The translations under genes were made by a program, and so were the position numbers. 17,249 bases of DNA from the NCBI GenBank assembly GCA_031414595.1, contig JANNVX010000079.1, forward strand, positions 1-17,249, in the 5' to 3' direction. Source of the stretch: Deinococcales bacterium (GTDB lineage: Bacteria > Deinococcota > Deinococci > Deinococcales > JAAFIG01). Below are positions 1-8,599 of this stretch, in pieces; within the stretch, counting starts at the first letter, position 1; each line of letters opens with the position of its first letter. Below the pieces are notes generated by a model. That model searched no databases. It worked only from the letters and a program-made list of their open reading frames with translations, and was not told where the DNA came from.

Positions 1-1
1 G

Positions 2-211
2 CATCTCGAGAGCATCCAAAGAATGCTCGAGAACCCCGATGTCTACTGCGTGGATGTTCTGCGCCAAATCAAAGCTGTTCAAGGGGCATTACAAGGGGCT
101 GGCGAAGTTGTTTTGCGTGGGCATCTCGAGGCGCATGTGGCAACAGCCGCCGCAAGGGGTGATGCTTCGGAAATGGTGGATGAAGTTATGGAAGCGATAC
201 GATTGCATTAA
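2..211 (+). CDS. csoR: CsoR/RcnR-family metal-sensing repressor (5' end lies outside the window)
   Basis: Frame open from position 2: HLESIQRMLENPDVYCVDVLRQIKAVQGAL...LRGHLEAHV. Shows the YCxDVLxQIxAV motif and a C-H-H ligand pattern (HLEAH in place of HLxxC), as in Thermus-type CsoR. Confidence 0.9.
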   Translation, partial: HLESIQRMLENPDVYCVDVLRQIKAVQGALQGAGEVVLRGHLEAHVATAAARGDASEMVDEVMEAIRLH

Positions 212-224
212 TGTTTTTAGTTGA

Positions 225-446
225 ATGAAGTTACCCCCTTATGCGCTGGCACGGTCGCTGACATCATTCAATATCGGTGTTGAGCTTGGGCAAGCGTGTA
301 TCGTCCTAACGATTACACCGATGCTGTGGTGGTTGCGTACCCATGTTGCCAAACCCCTCACCCACCGCATTATCATAAGTGCAACTTGGGCTGTGGTTAT
401 TGTGGCTGGAGTGTGGTTCGTACAGCGTGGTAAAATCCGTTATTGA
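225..446 (+). pseudogene. C-terminal remnant of a HupE/UreJ-like membrane protein
   Basis: LPPYALARSLTSFNIGVELGQ matches the FNxGVExGQ motif, followed by two hydrophobic helices. The N-terminal His-containing helices are missing and an in-frame TGA lies immediately upstream. Confidence 0.7.
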
Positions 447-502
447 GTTGATACTTTTTTTTGGTCTGACCCTGCCTTGACAGAGACGAGATACCTTCCG
501 AT

Positions 503-1072
503 ATGAAGACACTATTCTTGGTATTGCTTTGCTTTTTTACCTTGGCGCTTGCCCAAACCGCCAAGCCAGTTTCGATAGTTGCCCTAGAAAAACTTGAGGG
601 GCGTGCTTTTGACATCGCTTTTATGTCGCAAATGCTCGAGCATCACGCGATTCTCGAGCAAATCGGGCAAACTGTCTATGCAGAGGTTAAACGCCCAATT
701 GTGCAAGATTTGTCTTGGGATATTACTGTACAGAGCCGTACCGAAAGTAAATCGCTGCTTCAGTGGCTAAGAACTTGGTTTGACACAACTCCAGACCAAA
801 ACCAGATGTTATTGACTCGAAAAGATTTAAGTGAAACCTTAAAGTACGCCACTGGACGGGTTGTAGCTGGACACGACATGAACATGAGTGGTGATGCAGA
901 CCAAGTTTTTGTGCGCGGTCTTATCACCCTGAATCTACACGCCATGACTATGGCAAAACTTGTGGCAACAAAATCTACTAAATCCGAGTTAAAGGCTTTT
1001 GCTCAGCAAATGATAACGCAAGCCAGCCAGCAGAATAAGCAAGTTGAATCTTGGCTGGCAACTTGGAAATAA
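503..1072 (+). CDS. Exported DUF305 (CopM-like) protein with a degenerate second His motif
   Basis: Signal peptide MKTLFLVLLCFFTLALA. First repeat FDIAFMSQMLEHH; second repeat ADQVFVRGLITLNLHAM...ELKAFAQQMI. Confidence 0.8.
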   Translation: MKTLFLVLLCFFTLALAQTAKPVSIVALEKLEGRAFDIAFMSQMLEHHAILEQIGQTVYAEVKRPIVQDLSWDITVQSRTESKSLLQWLRTWFDTTPDQNQMLLTRKDLSETLKYATGRVVAGHDMNMSGDADQVFVRGLITLNLHAMTMAKLVATKSTKSELKAFAQQMITQASQQNKQVESWLATWK

Positions 1073-1113
1073 AAATCGTGTCGAGCATCACATAAAGAAA
1101 TTGGTCAATCATT

Positions 1114-1584
1114 TTAAGGCATTGCCACATTGAGTACACCCATAGAATCACGTCCAGCTTGACCAACCCGCAGTAGGGCGGTACTGCGAACAGGCTGCTT
1201 AAAACAGACCTTAATGGATTTACTGCACACAAAAAAATCTACCTCAACCTCGAGAGGGTACTCTCCTTGAGTTGCTGTACTTGGAATTTGCAGAGGAATC
1301 TCGAGGATATTGACTTTCTCCCAGTATTCGCTTGGTAGCTCAGCCCAAGGCATTCCTGAAAATGCACTGGTACTGAACGGTTTGGCACGATTAAAAGGAT
1401 TAGAAACCCGCACAGCATTTGGGGCTGTACGACTAACAGCAATATCAGCATCAAGGGCTACCCTGAAACGCAAGGTGACTGGTTTGTCTGGTACGGCATA
1501 GACGAGCGCCTGTTTAGGTTGGCTACAAGAACCAAGTGTGCTGACTAAACATACTCCAATCCATTTATGACGGTTTAACCACAT
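1114..1584 (-). CDS. Putative lipoprotein with C-x6-C motif, resembling the DsbD N-terminal domain
   Basis: ATG at 1584 overlaps the upstream gene and gives a signal peptide ending in lipobox-like LGSC. Beta-rich body ending in GEYPLEVEVDFFVCSKSIKVCF. The product call is inference. Confidence 0.65.
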   Translation of the reverse strand: MWLNRHKWIGVCLVSTLGSCSQPKQALVYAVPDKPVTLRFRVALDADIAVSRTAPNAVRVSNPFNRAKPFSTSAFSGMPWAELPSEYWEKVNILEIPLQIPSTATQGEYPLEVEVDFFVCSKSIKVCFKQPVRSTALLRVGQAGRDSMGVLNVAMP

Positions 1585-2647
1585 AGACCACCCCACCAGA
1601 ATGCTCAATCCAAGCACGTTCAAATTCAGCCCGATTATAAACAGTCACGATGTCTTTTTTGGTTTCTGTTTTTCCGGCTGGGTCATTGGTGATTGGGTCG
1701 CCATTTTTGGTGAATCCTCGTAGAAGTAAAATATGCCCATTGGAACTTGGTAATTTTGCGCCTTGCAAAGCACCCAATTTCCATTTGATTGACACCACCA
1801 ATGGAATACCTTGCCGAATGTAGGCTTCGGCTTGGCTGAGGCTATCCAGTCGGGTGACATAAGCACTCAAACCTTTTGTGCCAAGGTACGCTGTGTTCAG
1901 CACCCAATTGCCACCACCGTCATAGACCTTATCCCAAACTGCCGAAACCGCTTGTGGAACGGTATCCGCCAAGTTACGCCCAAGCCGATTGCTCCAATAC
2001 TCGAGCAGCATGGTGATGGTCGTTGGAGAACACCAGACTTCACCACCGTTGGGATAAATCATTTGTGAGCGAACAGGTACAACCAAATCCGTACCCCACG
2101 CTAAGCGGTTGGATGGAACTAAACGAACAGTATAGGCTTCGCGAGAAGAAAAGCTGCTTAGCACAAGGCGGTTCAATTTGGGGGATTGCTGATTTTGGCT
2201 GAGAAAACGCACCCGAATTTTCATGGCATTGGCAACCGATTTCAGTTTTAGGGTATCGGTTTCCAAGAAGCCATCAGCATCGCCTTGATTAGCGTAAGAC
2301 CGACGTTCTAGGGCAGGGTCAGTAGACCATTTTGCCAGTTGGTAATAGGCTGTCCAACGCGAACCGATGCGAGCGCGTACTGATAGTTCTAGCCATGTGC
2401 CTTGAGGGGTCTGTCCATTCCATGAAACAATGGCTCGGTCAAACGGCTTTTGCTCCATCGCAGCCGTTTCAAGCACCCCAGAACCCGTTTTGTTCAGCAC
2501 TACACTTAAACCTAAACCAGCTTCAAATTTTAGCCCTTGCAATCTTGCTCCTCGCAAACTGCTGGTGGTCTCGAAAATACTCTGGGCGTGGGCTGGCATC
2601 CAAAACAGGCTGCTGAACAGCACCAACAGTGCAGTGAGGCGCTTCAT
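1565..2647 (-). CDS. Exported C39-like (papain-fold) cysteine peptidase
   Basis: Signal peptide ending AHA. Motifs RSQM...WCSPT (Cys), GHILLLRGF (His) and NDPA (Asp). ATGA overlap with the upstream gene. Confidence 0.85.
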   Translation of the reverse strand: MKRLTALLVLFSSLFWMPAHAQSIFETTSSLRGARLQGLKFEAGLGLSVVLNKTGSGVLETAAMEQKPFDRAIVSWNGQTPQGTWLELSVRARIGSRWTAYYQLAKWSTDPALERRSYANQGDADGFLETDTLKLKSVANAMKIRVRFLSQNQQSPKLNRLVLSSFSSREAYTVRLVPSNRLAWGTDLVVPVRSQMIYPNGGEVWCSPTTITMLLEYWSNRLGRNLADTVPQAVSAVWDKVYDGGGNWVLNTAYLGTKGLSAYVTRLDSLSQAEAYIRQGIPLVVSIKWKLGALQGAKLPSSNGHILLLRGFTKNGDPITNDPAGKTETKKDIVTVYNRAEFERAWIEHSGGVVYVVKPS

Positions 2648-3669
2648 ATTCCTCCCCAGGTTTTACCCGCATCTTGACTGGAATAGACTTGTCCTGACTC
2701 AGAAATCCCATACCACTTATCTGATTCTCGTGGACTGACCGCCAATAACACCATGTTTGCTGGAGCGGCTTGCTCAATCCACGTTGTACCTTCATCACTC
2801 GAGCGCAAAATAGAGCTATTGGGCAAACTGACTAAAATTGCGCCAGAGGCTTCAATGGCAATGGTCAACGGCTCACCATTGACTTTTATTTCATTCCAAA
2901 CTGTTCCACCATTGCTCGAGCGAATTAAACCTTGATCTTGAGTCAGGGCGTACAGGACAGGTGGCGCTCCTGTTGCAGCCACGATTTTGTAGGCTCTTGT
3001 CGTGGCTAGAGTCACAAAATTCCAGTTTTTTCCACCATCGGTTGAACGGTATAACCCACCTCCTGCCAAGTTTGCGTACAACCAACCGTTGCCCGCCACC
3101 GTAAAACCATGAATATCTGTACCAGGTAGATTCCCGACACCGGGCTTTTGCCATGTCTGACCCGTATCTGGACTGACTGCAAAAAAATCATGACCTGCTA
3201 AAAACACTTTACCCGAATTCACGCCCATGCCCATAGCATCACCGCCACCAGTTGGGGTACTCCATGTCTGCCCACCATCTCGAGAGACTTGTACCCCAGC
3301 ATGTTGCCCATAGTACAAGCTGTCATCTTCACCCACCGTTAAGGCATGTAAGTCACCCTGAAGTTGAGCCAATTTGCTTTTGCTGCTCGGTGCAGAACCC
3401 GTAGGTGCATCAGTTCCATTACCACCCATGTCCATGTTCGACATATCACCGCCCATGTCCATGTTTGACATGTCATTACTTGTGTTTGTTGAATTGTTGC
3501 CATTCATATTCATTCCAGGCATTACGCCCGTTGCTGGCATTCCAGACATTCGCGGTGTCAATGAGCGCCAAGCAAAAAAAGTAATTCCTATCAGCACAGC
3601 CACAAAAATAAAACCAACATAGTTAGCGGGACGTGCGATAGGTTTGTGATCCTGATCTGATTTTTTCAT
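2644..3669 (-). CDS. Membrane-anchored BNR/Asp-box beta-propeller protein with a Met-rich linker
   Basis: N-terminal TM helix and Met-rich spacer, then six S-x-D/N-x-G-x-x-W boxes (SRDGGQTW, SPDTGQTW, STDGGKNW, SSNGGTVW, SSDEGTTW, SQDAGKTW). AGGAG RBS upstream. Confidence 0.85.
   Translation of the reverse strand: MKKSDQDHKPIARPANYVGFIFVAVLIGITFFAWRSLTPRMSGMPATGVMPGMNMNGNNSTNTSNDMSNMDMGGDMSNMDMGGNGTDAPTGSAPSSKSKLAQLQGDLHALTVGEDDSLYYGQHAGVQVSRDGGQTWSTPTGGGDAMGMGVNSGKVFLAGHDFFAVSPDTGQTWQKPGVGNLPGTDIHGFTVAGNGWLYANLAGGGLYRSTDGGKNWNFVTLATTRAYKIVAATGAPPVLYALTQDQGLIRSSNGGTVWNEIKVNGEPLTIAIEASGAILVSLPNSSILRSSDEGTTWIEQAAPANMVLLAVSPRESDKWYGISESGQVYSSQDAGKTWGGI
3422..3475 (-). repeat. 27-bp tandem duplication encoding DMSNMDMGG twice
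   Basis: 3422-3448 and 3449-3475 are identical at 24 of 27 positions. Confidence 0.9.
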
Positions 3670-3677
3670 GAAAACTC

Positions 3678-4955
3678 CTAAACAAGTTGCTTTGAGATGG
3701 CTTGAATCGCTTTTAAGCCGTGTCCAAATCGTGCCATTGCTTCGCGGTTCTGCTCGAGATTGCTATAGGACAAATACCGTACTCCAAGATGTCGGACTTG
3801 AGAAAAGGCAGGGCGTAACAGTTGTTGTTGTACTTCAGCTTCGCGTTGATCAGGGGCGACCAGATACAAACTTTGAACCGCGTTTTCTGGGGCTGCCAGT
3901 GCCAAATCAAGCATTCGCACAATGCCAGAATAAATCGAGGTACTGTGTTCAACCTCGAATGCCGCAGCCACGGCTGAACCATCTCGATCAAGCCATAGTA
4001 CATCGATTAAACGCACCGCTTCCGCGCCCGACTGGGCTGACAACCAAGTTGGGAGGCTGCTTAAACAACCATCGCAGAGCTTACCTGTGCCATAACTTCG
4101 GTTGCGATCATTGCTGGCAATCCAAACGTCAAACCCCAAAGCCAAGCCAAGGTCGCGTAACCAACCTTGGATTTTGCTATGCGACAGGTCTGCCTTTTGA
4201 TTCACTTCAAGGGTTTTACTCGATAACCTGATTTTCTCGAGGTCTGCTTGCCAAATCGTTTGGTCTTGATTCTCGAGTGGTGGTGCTAGGTAGCGTCCAC
4301 TGCCAAAGTCAAAAAGTAATCCAGCCACCGCACCGAGGTCGTTGGAGAGTAAAAGGCGTTGTTGTTGATTGATTTTCAAAATACCCTGGCGCATGGCAAG
4401 GTATTCATTCCACTTGCCAAGTTTGATTTTTGCTCCAGTGAGGGCGTTATAGCCATTGACAATTGCAGTATTGAACGGTGGCACAAGTGTTGGATGTAAA
4501 AAATACAGCAGATTTGCGGCGGCTGGACCTAAACCTTTGATTTTATGCTGGTCAAGTTGCGAAATTGCAGCGAGAACTTCGGTTTCATGATTGCAGCAGG
4601 CACAAGTATCTAAAAAATGGGCAAATGCCAATTGATTGACACGAGACTCATAGATGTCTGGAATTCGCAACTTAGGTTTCCATAAAAACGCATGGTCTGC
4701 CCCACGAAAAATTTGTCGTTGTTCAGCAATTGAATGAACCACAGTCTCAAGAGAAGAACCACGGTACTGATTACCAAATGTATCAGCTTTAATTTCGTTG
4801 ACTACCGTTTCGAGTCCACGGCGAATTGAACGAAAATTCTTGATTCTTTGTTCCCATAAAAACCATGACTGATAGGTGGCAGAGACATCCGAACGCCAAA
4901 CATTGATTAGGTTTTCTAAAGAAGCTTGATTGATTTTACACCCCCAGTGTTTCAA
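3678..4955 (-). CDS. Restriction-endonuclease-like protein (HhH-like motif plus C-terminal PD-(D/E)XK-like domain); start uncertain
   Basis: IKGLGP helix-hairpin-helix-like motif, CACC cluster, and C-terminal IDVLW...AFEVEHSTSIYSG. Candidate starts are GTG 5009, TTG 4955 and a non-canonical ATC at 4934. Confidence 0.7.
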   Translation of the reverse strand: MKHWGCKINQASLENLINVWRSDVSATYQSWFLWEQRIKNFRSIRRGLETVVNEIKADTFGNQYRGSSLETVVHSIAEQRQIFRGADHAFLWKPKLRIPDIYESRVNQLAFAHFLDTCACCNHETEVLAAISQLDQHKIKGLGPAAANLLYFLHPTLVPPFNTAIVNGYNALTGAKIKLGKWNEYLAMRQGILKINQQQRLLLSNDLGAVAGLLFDFGSGRYLAPPLENQDQTIWQADLEKIRLSSKTLEVNQKADLSHSKIQGWLRDLGLALGFDVWIASNDRNRSYGTGKLCDGCLSSLPTWLSAQSGAEAVRLIDVLWLDRDGSAVAAAFEVEHSTSIYSGIVRMLDLALAAPENAVQSLYLVAPDQREAEVQQQLLRPAFSQVRHLGVRYLSYSNLEQNREAMARFGHGLKAIQAISKQLV

Positions 4956-5682
4956 ATATCTTCTGATACACTTCAAACGGTAACGCCCCACTAAAAAAAT
5001 AGCCACCAATCACAAATGATGGTGTTCCTGTCACACCAAACCGTCTTGAGAGTTCGATTTCGGTATTGTATTGTTGTGTATATTTATTGCGCTGCACACA
5101 GGTTGTTAAGTCTTTGGTATTGAGGTTAAGTTTTTGGCTTAAAGTAATCAGGGTAGAAGTCAATTGCGCCACGTCAGCACCACTCCACTGAGCAGCACTT
5201 GCATGAGCTAGACCATGAAATCCCCAAAATTGCTTTTGTTCATTGGCACAGGCAGCGATATTTGCCACAGCTACGGTTTTATCACCGCCAACACTGATGG
5301 TATGACGAACAATGTAACGCACTTTACCAGTTTTAACGTACTGCTCAACTATTTTTGGAAAAGTCTGGGTGGTGTACAAATGGCAAAAGCTACACAAATA
5401 ATCGGTGAACTCAACCATTGTGATTTTTGCTGTGGCTTCGCCCAACACCAGTGTTGCGCCTGTGGCTGGGTCTGCCAGCAGAGGATTGCCTACAATTTGC
5501 GATTTTTGTCCATTGATCTCGAGGTTCAACACCAAAGGTGGTCTTGAAATCAGAGTTTCAGGTGTGATTGGCACAAGTGGTTGCAAAGCACTGGTTTGGC
5601 TGCGTGGGGCTGCCAGTAACCCTCCAAAAAAGCCAACAATCAGCATCACAATGGCGATGCCCCACGGGTTGTTTCGTTTCAT
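4936..5682 (-). CDS. DsbA/BdbD-family thiol-disulfide oxidoreductase with N-terminal membrane anchor
   Basis: GGAGGT RBS before ATG 5682. Motifs EFTDYLCSFC and the cis-Pro loop GVTGTPSF. Confidence 0.88.
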   Translation of the reverse strand: MKRNNPWGIAIVMLIVGFFGGLLAAPRSQTSALQPLVPITPETLISRPPLVLNLEINGQKSQIVGNPLLADPATGATLVLGEATAKITMVEFTDYLCSFCHLYTTQTFPKIVEQYVKTGKVRYIVRHTISVGGDKTVAVANIAACANEQKQFWGFHGLAHASAAQWSGADVAQLTSTLITLSQKLNLNTKDLTTCVQRNKYTQQYNTEIELSRRFGVTGTPSFVIGGYFFSGALPFEVYQKIFETLGV

Positions 5683-5693
5683 AGTACCTCCAT

Positions 5694-6389
5694 TTATAAC
5701 CTTGACCACAGCCAAGCTGGTGTCATTTGAATCAGATAGCTGTTTAAGAGTGTCATTGTATTGGTTGCCACCAAGACCCCCATGACAAGCATGGTTAGCC
5801 CAGCAAAACGATTGAACCAGAGATGAGCGCTGCGGTGCTTTCGCGCCCATGCTAAGACTGGTGTTGAAGCAAGGGCGGTCAGTAAAAACGGAACTGCCAG
5901 CCCCAGATTGTAGGCTGCCAATAAGCCCAAGCCCTGCCAGACATCACCTGCACTGGTTGCGAGGGTCAGAATTGTCCCAAGAATAGGTCCGATGCACGGG
6001 GTCCAACCTGTGGCAAAAGCAGCACCAATGGCAATTGGAGTTGCCACGCCATAACGCTCGAGGTTCAATCCCGCCCAACCCGACGAAAACCAAGGCAGAC
6101 GCAACACTCCCAGCATTTGTAACCCAAACATCACCACCAAAACACCACCAACTTGGGTGATTAAATTGCGGTACTCGCGCAGCAATTGCCCTAAAAACCC
6201 TAGTGAAGCCCCAAGGATAAAAAAGATAGCCGAAAACCCAAGTATAAACCCCAAGGCATTGCGAAACACCGCCGCCCTCGAGTTGCCTGCCGCGACAACT
6301 GACAAGTAACTCGGCACTAAAGGCAAGACACAGGGCGAAAGAAAAGAGAATACGCCAGACAGCAGGGCTAATCCCAAGGTGACATTCAT
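5694..6389 (-). CDS. ccdA: CcdA (cytochrome c biogenesis / DsbD transmembrane domain) protein
   Basis: SFLSPCVLPLVP and GWTPCIGPILG motifs, about six TM helices, ATGA overlap with the upstream gene. Confidence 0.93.
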   Translation of the reverse strand: MNVTLGLALLSGVFSFLSPCVLPLVPSYLSVVAAGNSRAAVFRNALGFILGFSAIFFILGASLGFLGQLLREYRNLITQVGGVLVVMFGLQMLGVLRLPWFSSGWAGLNLERYGVATPIAIGAAFATGWTPCIGPILGTILTLATSAGDVWQGLGLLAAYNLGLAVPFLLTALASTPVLAWARKHRSAHLWFNRFAGLTMLVMGVLVATNTMTLLNSYLIQMTPAWLWSRL

Positions 6390-7099
6390 ACGGTTTTACC
6401 GCCCAGCTTGGGAGTACCGCCTTTTTTCGAGTTTACTTCTTTGAAAAAAGCAGCCAATTGTAAGCCCCATAAAGACATTGCCAACAACAAGAACGGCAAG
6501 CGAAACCAGTTTTCGGGGGTTGGTTGACGGTGAAAGGTTGGTTCATATTGGATGAATAAAAAATAGGCTGTGTGCAGTACCGATAAGAACAAAATAATGT
6601 TGGCAGACTGGTGCAGGTATTTCCATGAATTGCTGCCTAAACGACGCAGTGCAATATCGCTCGAGGTCAAAGCCAAGACCACAATAAAAACGATAGCCAC
6701 CAGACCAACAAGATTAGATAAACCAAAGCCAGGCTCGGTGCGGGCGCGTCGGTTGATTTCTTGGATAAATTCAAAACCCATAAAGCGCAACCAATCCCAT
6801 TTCAGCCAGCCATCCAAAATGGTCAGGGTATGCACCATTGCCCAAACAGCCGACCAAATTCCAATTTCACGCCGCCAAGGATTCAATCGAACAAATCGGC
6901 TCGAGAGTTTTGCTAATGGTCCGATGGCTAAACTCAGCACCAAGAATACCAGCGAAACATCACCTGTGGCTCGCCACCAGCGATGTTCAGGCGACCAGTC
7001 ACGGCGCGAAACCCAAAATAAGCCTAAAATTGCTAGACTGATGAGGAATACCAGCAAATGCTGAGTGACTGAGCGTTGCAGACTGGGTTTTCTAAGCAT
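6386..7099 (-). CDS. Ferric-reductase-like transmembrane heme protein (MsrQ/YedZ-like)
   Basis: RREIG, MVH, LALTS, WKYLH and VLH motifs of the MsrQ/ferric reductase TM family. AGGAG RBS. Confidence 0.85.
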   Translation of the reverse strand: MLRKPSLQRSVTQHLLVFLISLAILGLFWVSRRDWSPEHRWWRATGDVSLVFLVLSLAIGPLAKLSSRFVRLNPWRREIGIWSAVWAMVHTLTILDGWLKWDWLRFMGFEFIQEINRRARTEPGFGLSNLVGLVAIVFIVVLALTSSDIALRRLGSNSWKYLHQSANIILFLSVLHTAYFLFIQYEPTFHRQPTPENWFRLPFLLLAMSLWGLQLAAFFKEVNSKKGGTPKLGGKTV

Positions 7100-7108
7100 A
7101 AATTCTCC

Positions 7109-8599
7109 TTAAAACTTCAAACGTTCCACCACGAGCAAAACAAGAAAACCCAACAGCAAAAGTGGAATAATCCAATCGCCAAAGCGAACATATGGGGTTT
7201 GGGTGGTACTGAGTCCCACTTTGGCTTCAAAGGCTGCCACCTTAAAGCGTTCAAATCGCTCCACAACCCTGCCCATCGGGTCAATCACTGCGCTGATGCC
7301 ATCATTGCCAGAACGGGCTATCCAGCGTCTTGTTTCGATGGCACGAAGTCGTCCCATCTGAAAGTGCTGCTCTGCTCCAGCGGTTGCCCCAAACCAAGCA
7401 TCATTGGAGATGTTGACCAACAAGTTAGCTCCATTTGCCACAAGTTCTCGAGTGATGGCTGGAAAGGTACTTTCATAACAAATATAAGTGCCTGCTTGAA
7501 TTGCGCCCAGTTTAAGCGGTTTGACTCGAGTCCCAAATGATGTCCCACGCAAATCGGGTAAGTTCATTGCCCTAAAAACTGTTTCATAAACATTTGGAAA
7601 CCAATCTTGCAATGGAAAAAATTCACCAAATGGGACTAATTTTACTTTGTCATAGCGCCCTGTGACTTGTTGTTGATTCCACGCGAATGCACTATTGAAG
7701 CGTTGTTGTTTGGTGTAGACCGCCGTTCCAAAAATCACGGGGCGAGCGATTTCTTGCAGCACAGCTTTTGTGTCAGCTTGTTCTGGTGAATTGGGGATTG
7801 CTCCTTCTGGAAAAACCACCAAATCTGGTTTGCCTTGGCGTTTGATGGCTTCAAGGGTTAAACGTTGATACAAACGCAATTCAGACTGGCTTCGTCCCTT
7901 AGCTTTTTGCAACACAGAAACTGAGCCTTGTACCAACAGTACCTTCAAGTTCGGTGCTTGGACCTCACCTCGAGTCATCCCAAACACAACACTTAAAACC
8001 AATCCAATGCCCGAAATCACCAGTACCACTGGGCGACCTTGGACTGCCAAGACCAGACCACTGGCAATCAATGTGACCAATAAACTGAGCAGATACACCC
8101 CACCCAGTTCTGCGATTTGAGTGGCTGGTGTTGGCAATAAGGCATAACCCAGTGTTCCCCAAACAAATGCCAAGCGACCTAAACCACGTAGCCACTCGAG
8201 CAGCACAAAAGCCACTGCCAAACCAAGTACCACTTGACGACCTGTTAGCCAGTGTGTCAGTGAGCAGGTCATTCCCCAAAAACCAGCCAGAATAAGCACC
8301 AAAAAAGGCATCGGCAAAACCCCGCCCCATCCAAATAAATCAACAAAAGACAATGGTAGCCATGCCAATAGCACGATAAAAAACGTCAGACCCGCACCTG
8401 CACCCACCCAAAATGCCTCTTGAAATCTTCGGGTTTGCGCTACGCACCAAAAAACACCAGCCAGTGGTACTGGCACAAGCCAAGACCACTGCCCCTGATG
8501 CAGCAATAGCCCGAGTATAAGCCCGAAAACACCCGCCAGCAGCATCCAGCGCCGCGTTTCAACTCCTGTCGCTGCTGTTGCAAACACAGGGTCAATCAA
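7109..8599 (-). CDS. lnt: Apolipoprotein N-acyltransferase
   Basis: TM N-terminus and nitrilase-fold triad motifs FPEG, YDKVKLVPFGE and ICYES, plus NISNDAWFG and RAIETRR. TTG start overlaps the upstream stop. Confidence 0.95.
   Translation of the reverse strand: MIDPVFATAATGVETRRWMLLAGVFGLILGLLLHQGQWSWLVPVPLAGVFWCVAQTRRFQEAFWVGAGAGLTFFIVLLAWLPLSFVDLFGWGGVLPMPFLVLILAGFWGMTCSLTHWLTGRQVVLGLAVAFVLLEWLRGLGRLAFVWGTLGYALLPTPATQIAELGGVYLLSLLVTLIASGLVLAVQGRPVVLVISGIGLVLSVVFGMTRGEVQAPNLKVLLVQGSVSVLQKAKGRSQSELRLYQRLTLEAIKRQGKPDLVVFPEGAIPNSPEQADTKAVLQEIARPVIFGTAVYTKQQRFNSAFAWNQQQVTGRYDKVKLVPFGEFFPLQDWFPNVYETVFRAMNLPDLRGTSFGTRVKPLKLGAIQAGTYICYESTFPAITRELVANGANLLVNISNDAWFGATAGAEQHFQMGRLRAIETRRWIARSGNDGISAVIDPMGRVVERFERFKVAAFEAKVGLSTTQTPYVRFGDWIIPLLLLGFLVLLVVERLKF

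Noticed and set aside
477-497. TTGACA as the -35 for TACCTT
   Set aside because: The spacer is only 9 bp.
3668-4231. 187-aa + strand ORF, and similar antisense ORFs at 5405-5785, 6570-7064, 7076-7540 and 14845-15237
   Set aside because: They are shadows of well-supported minus-strand genes and have no recognisable motifs.
3678-4955. Nuclease as the cognate restriction enzyme for CTCGAG
   Set aside because: There is no adjacent methyltransferase and no specificity evidence; restriction usually depletes rather than enriches its sites.
5683-5850. N-terminal extension of the DsbA ORF
   Set aside because: It overlaps ccdA; the strong GGAGGT RBS and TM anchor support ATG 5682.
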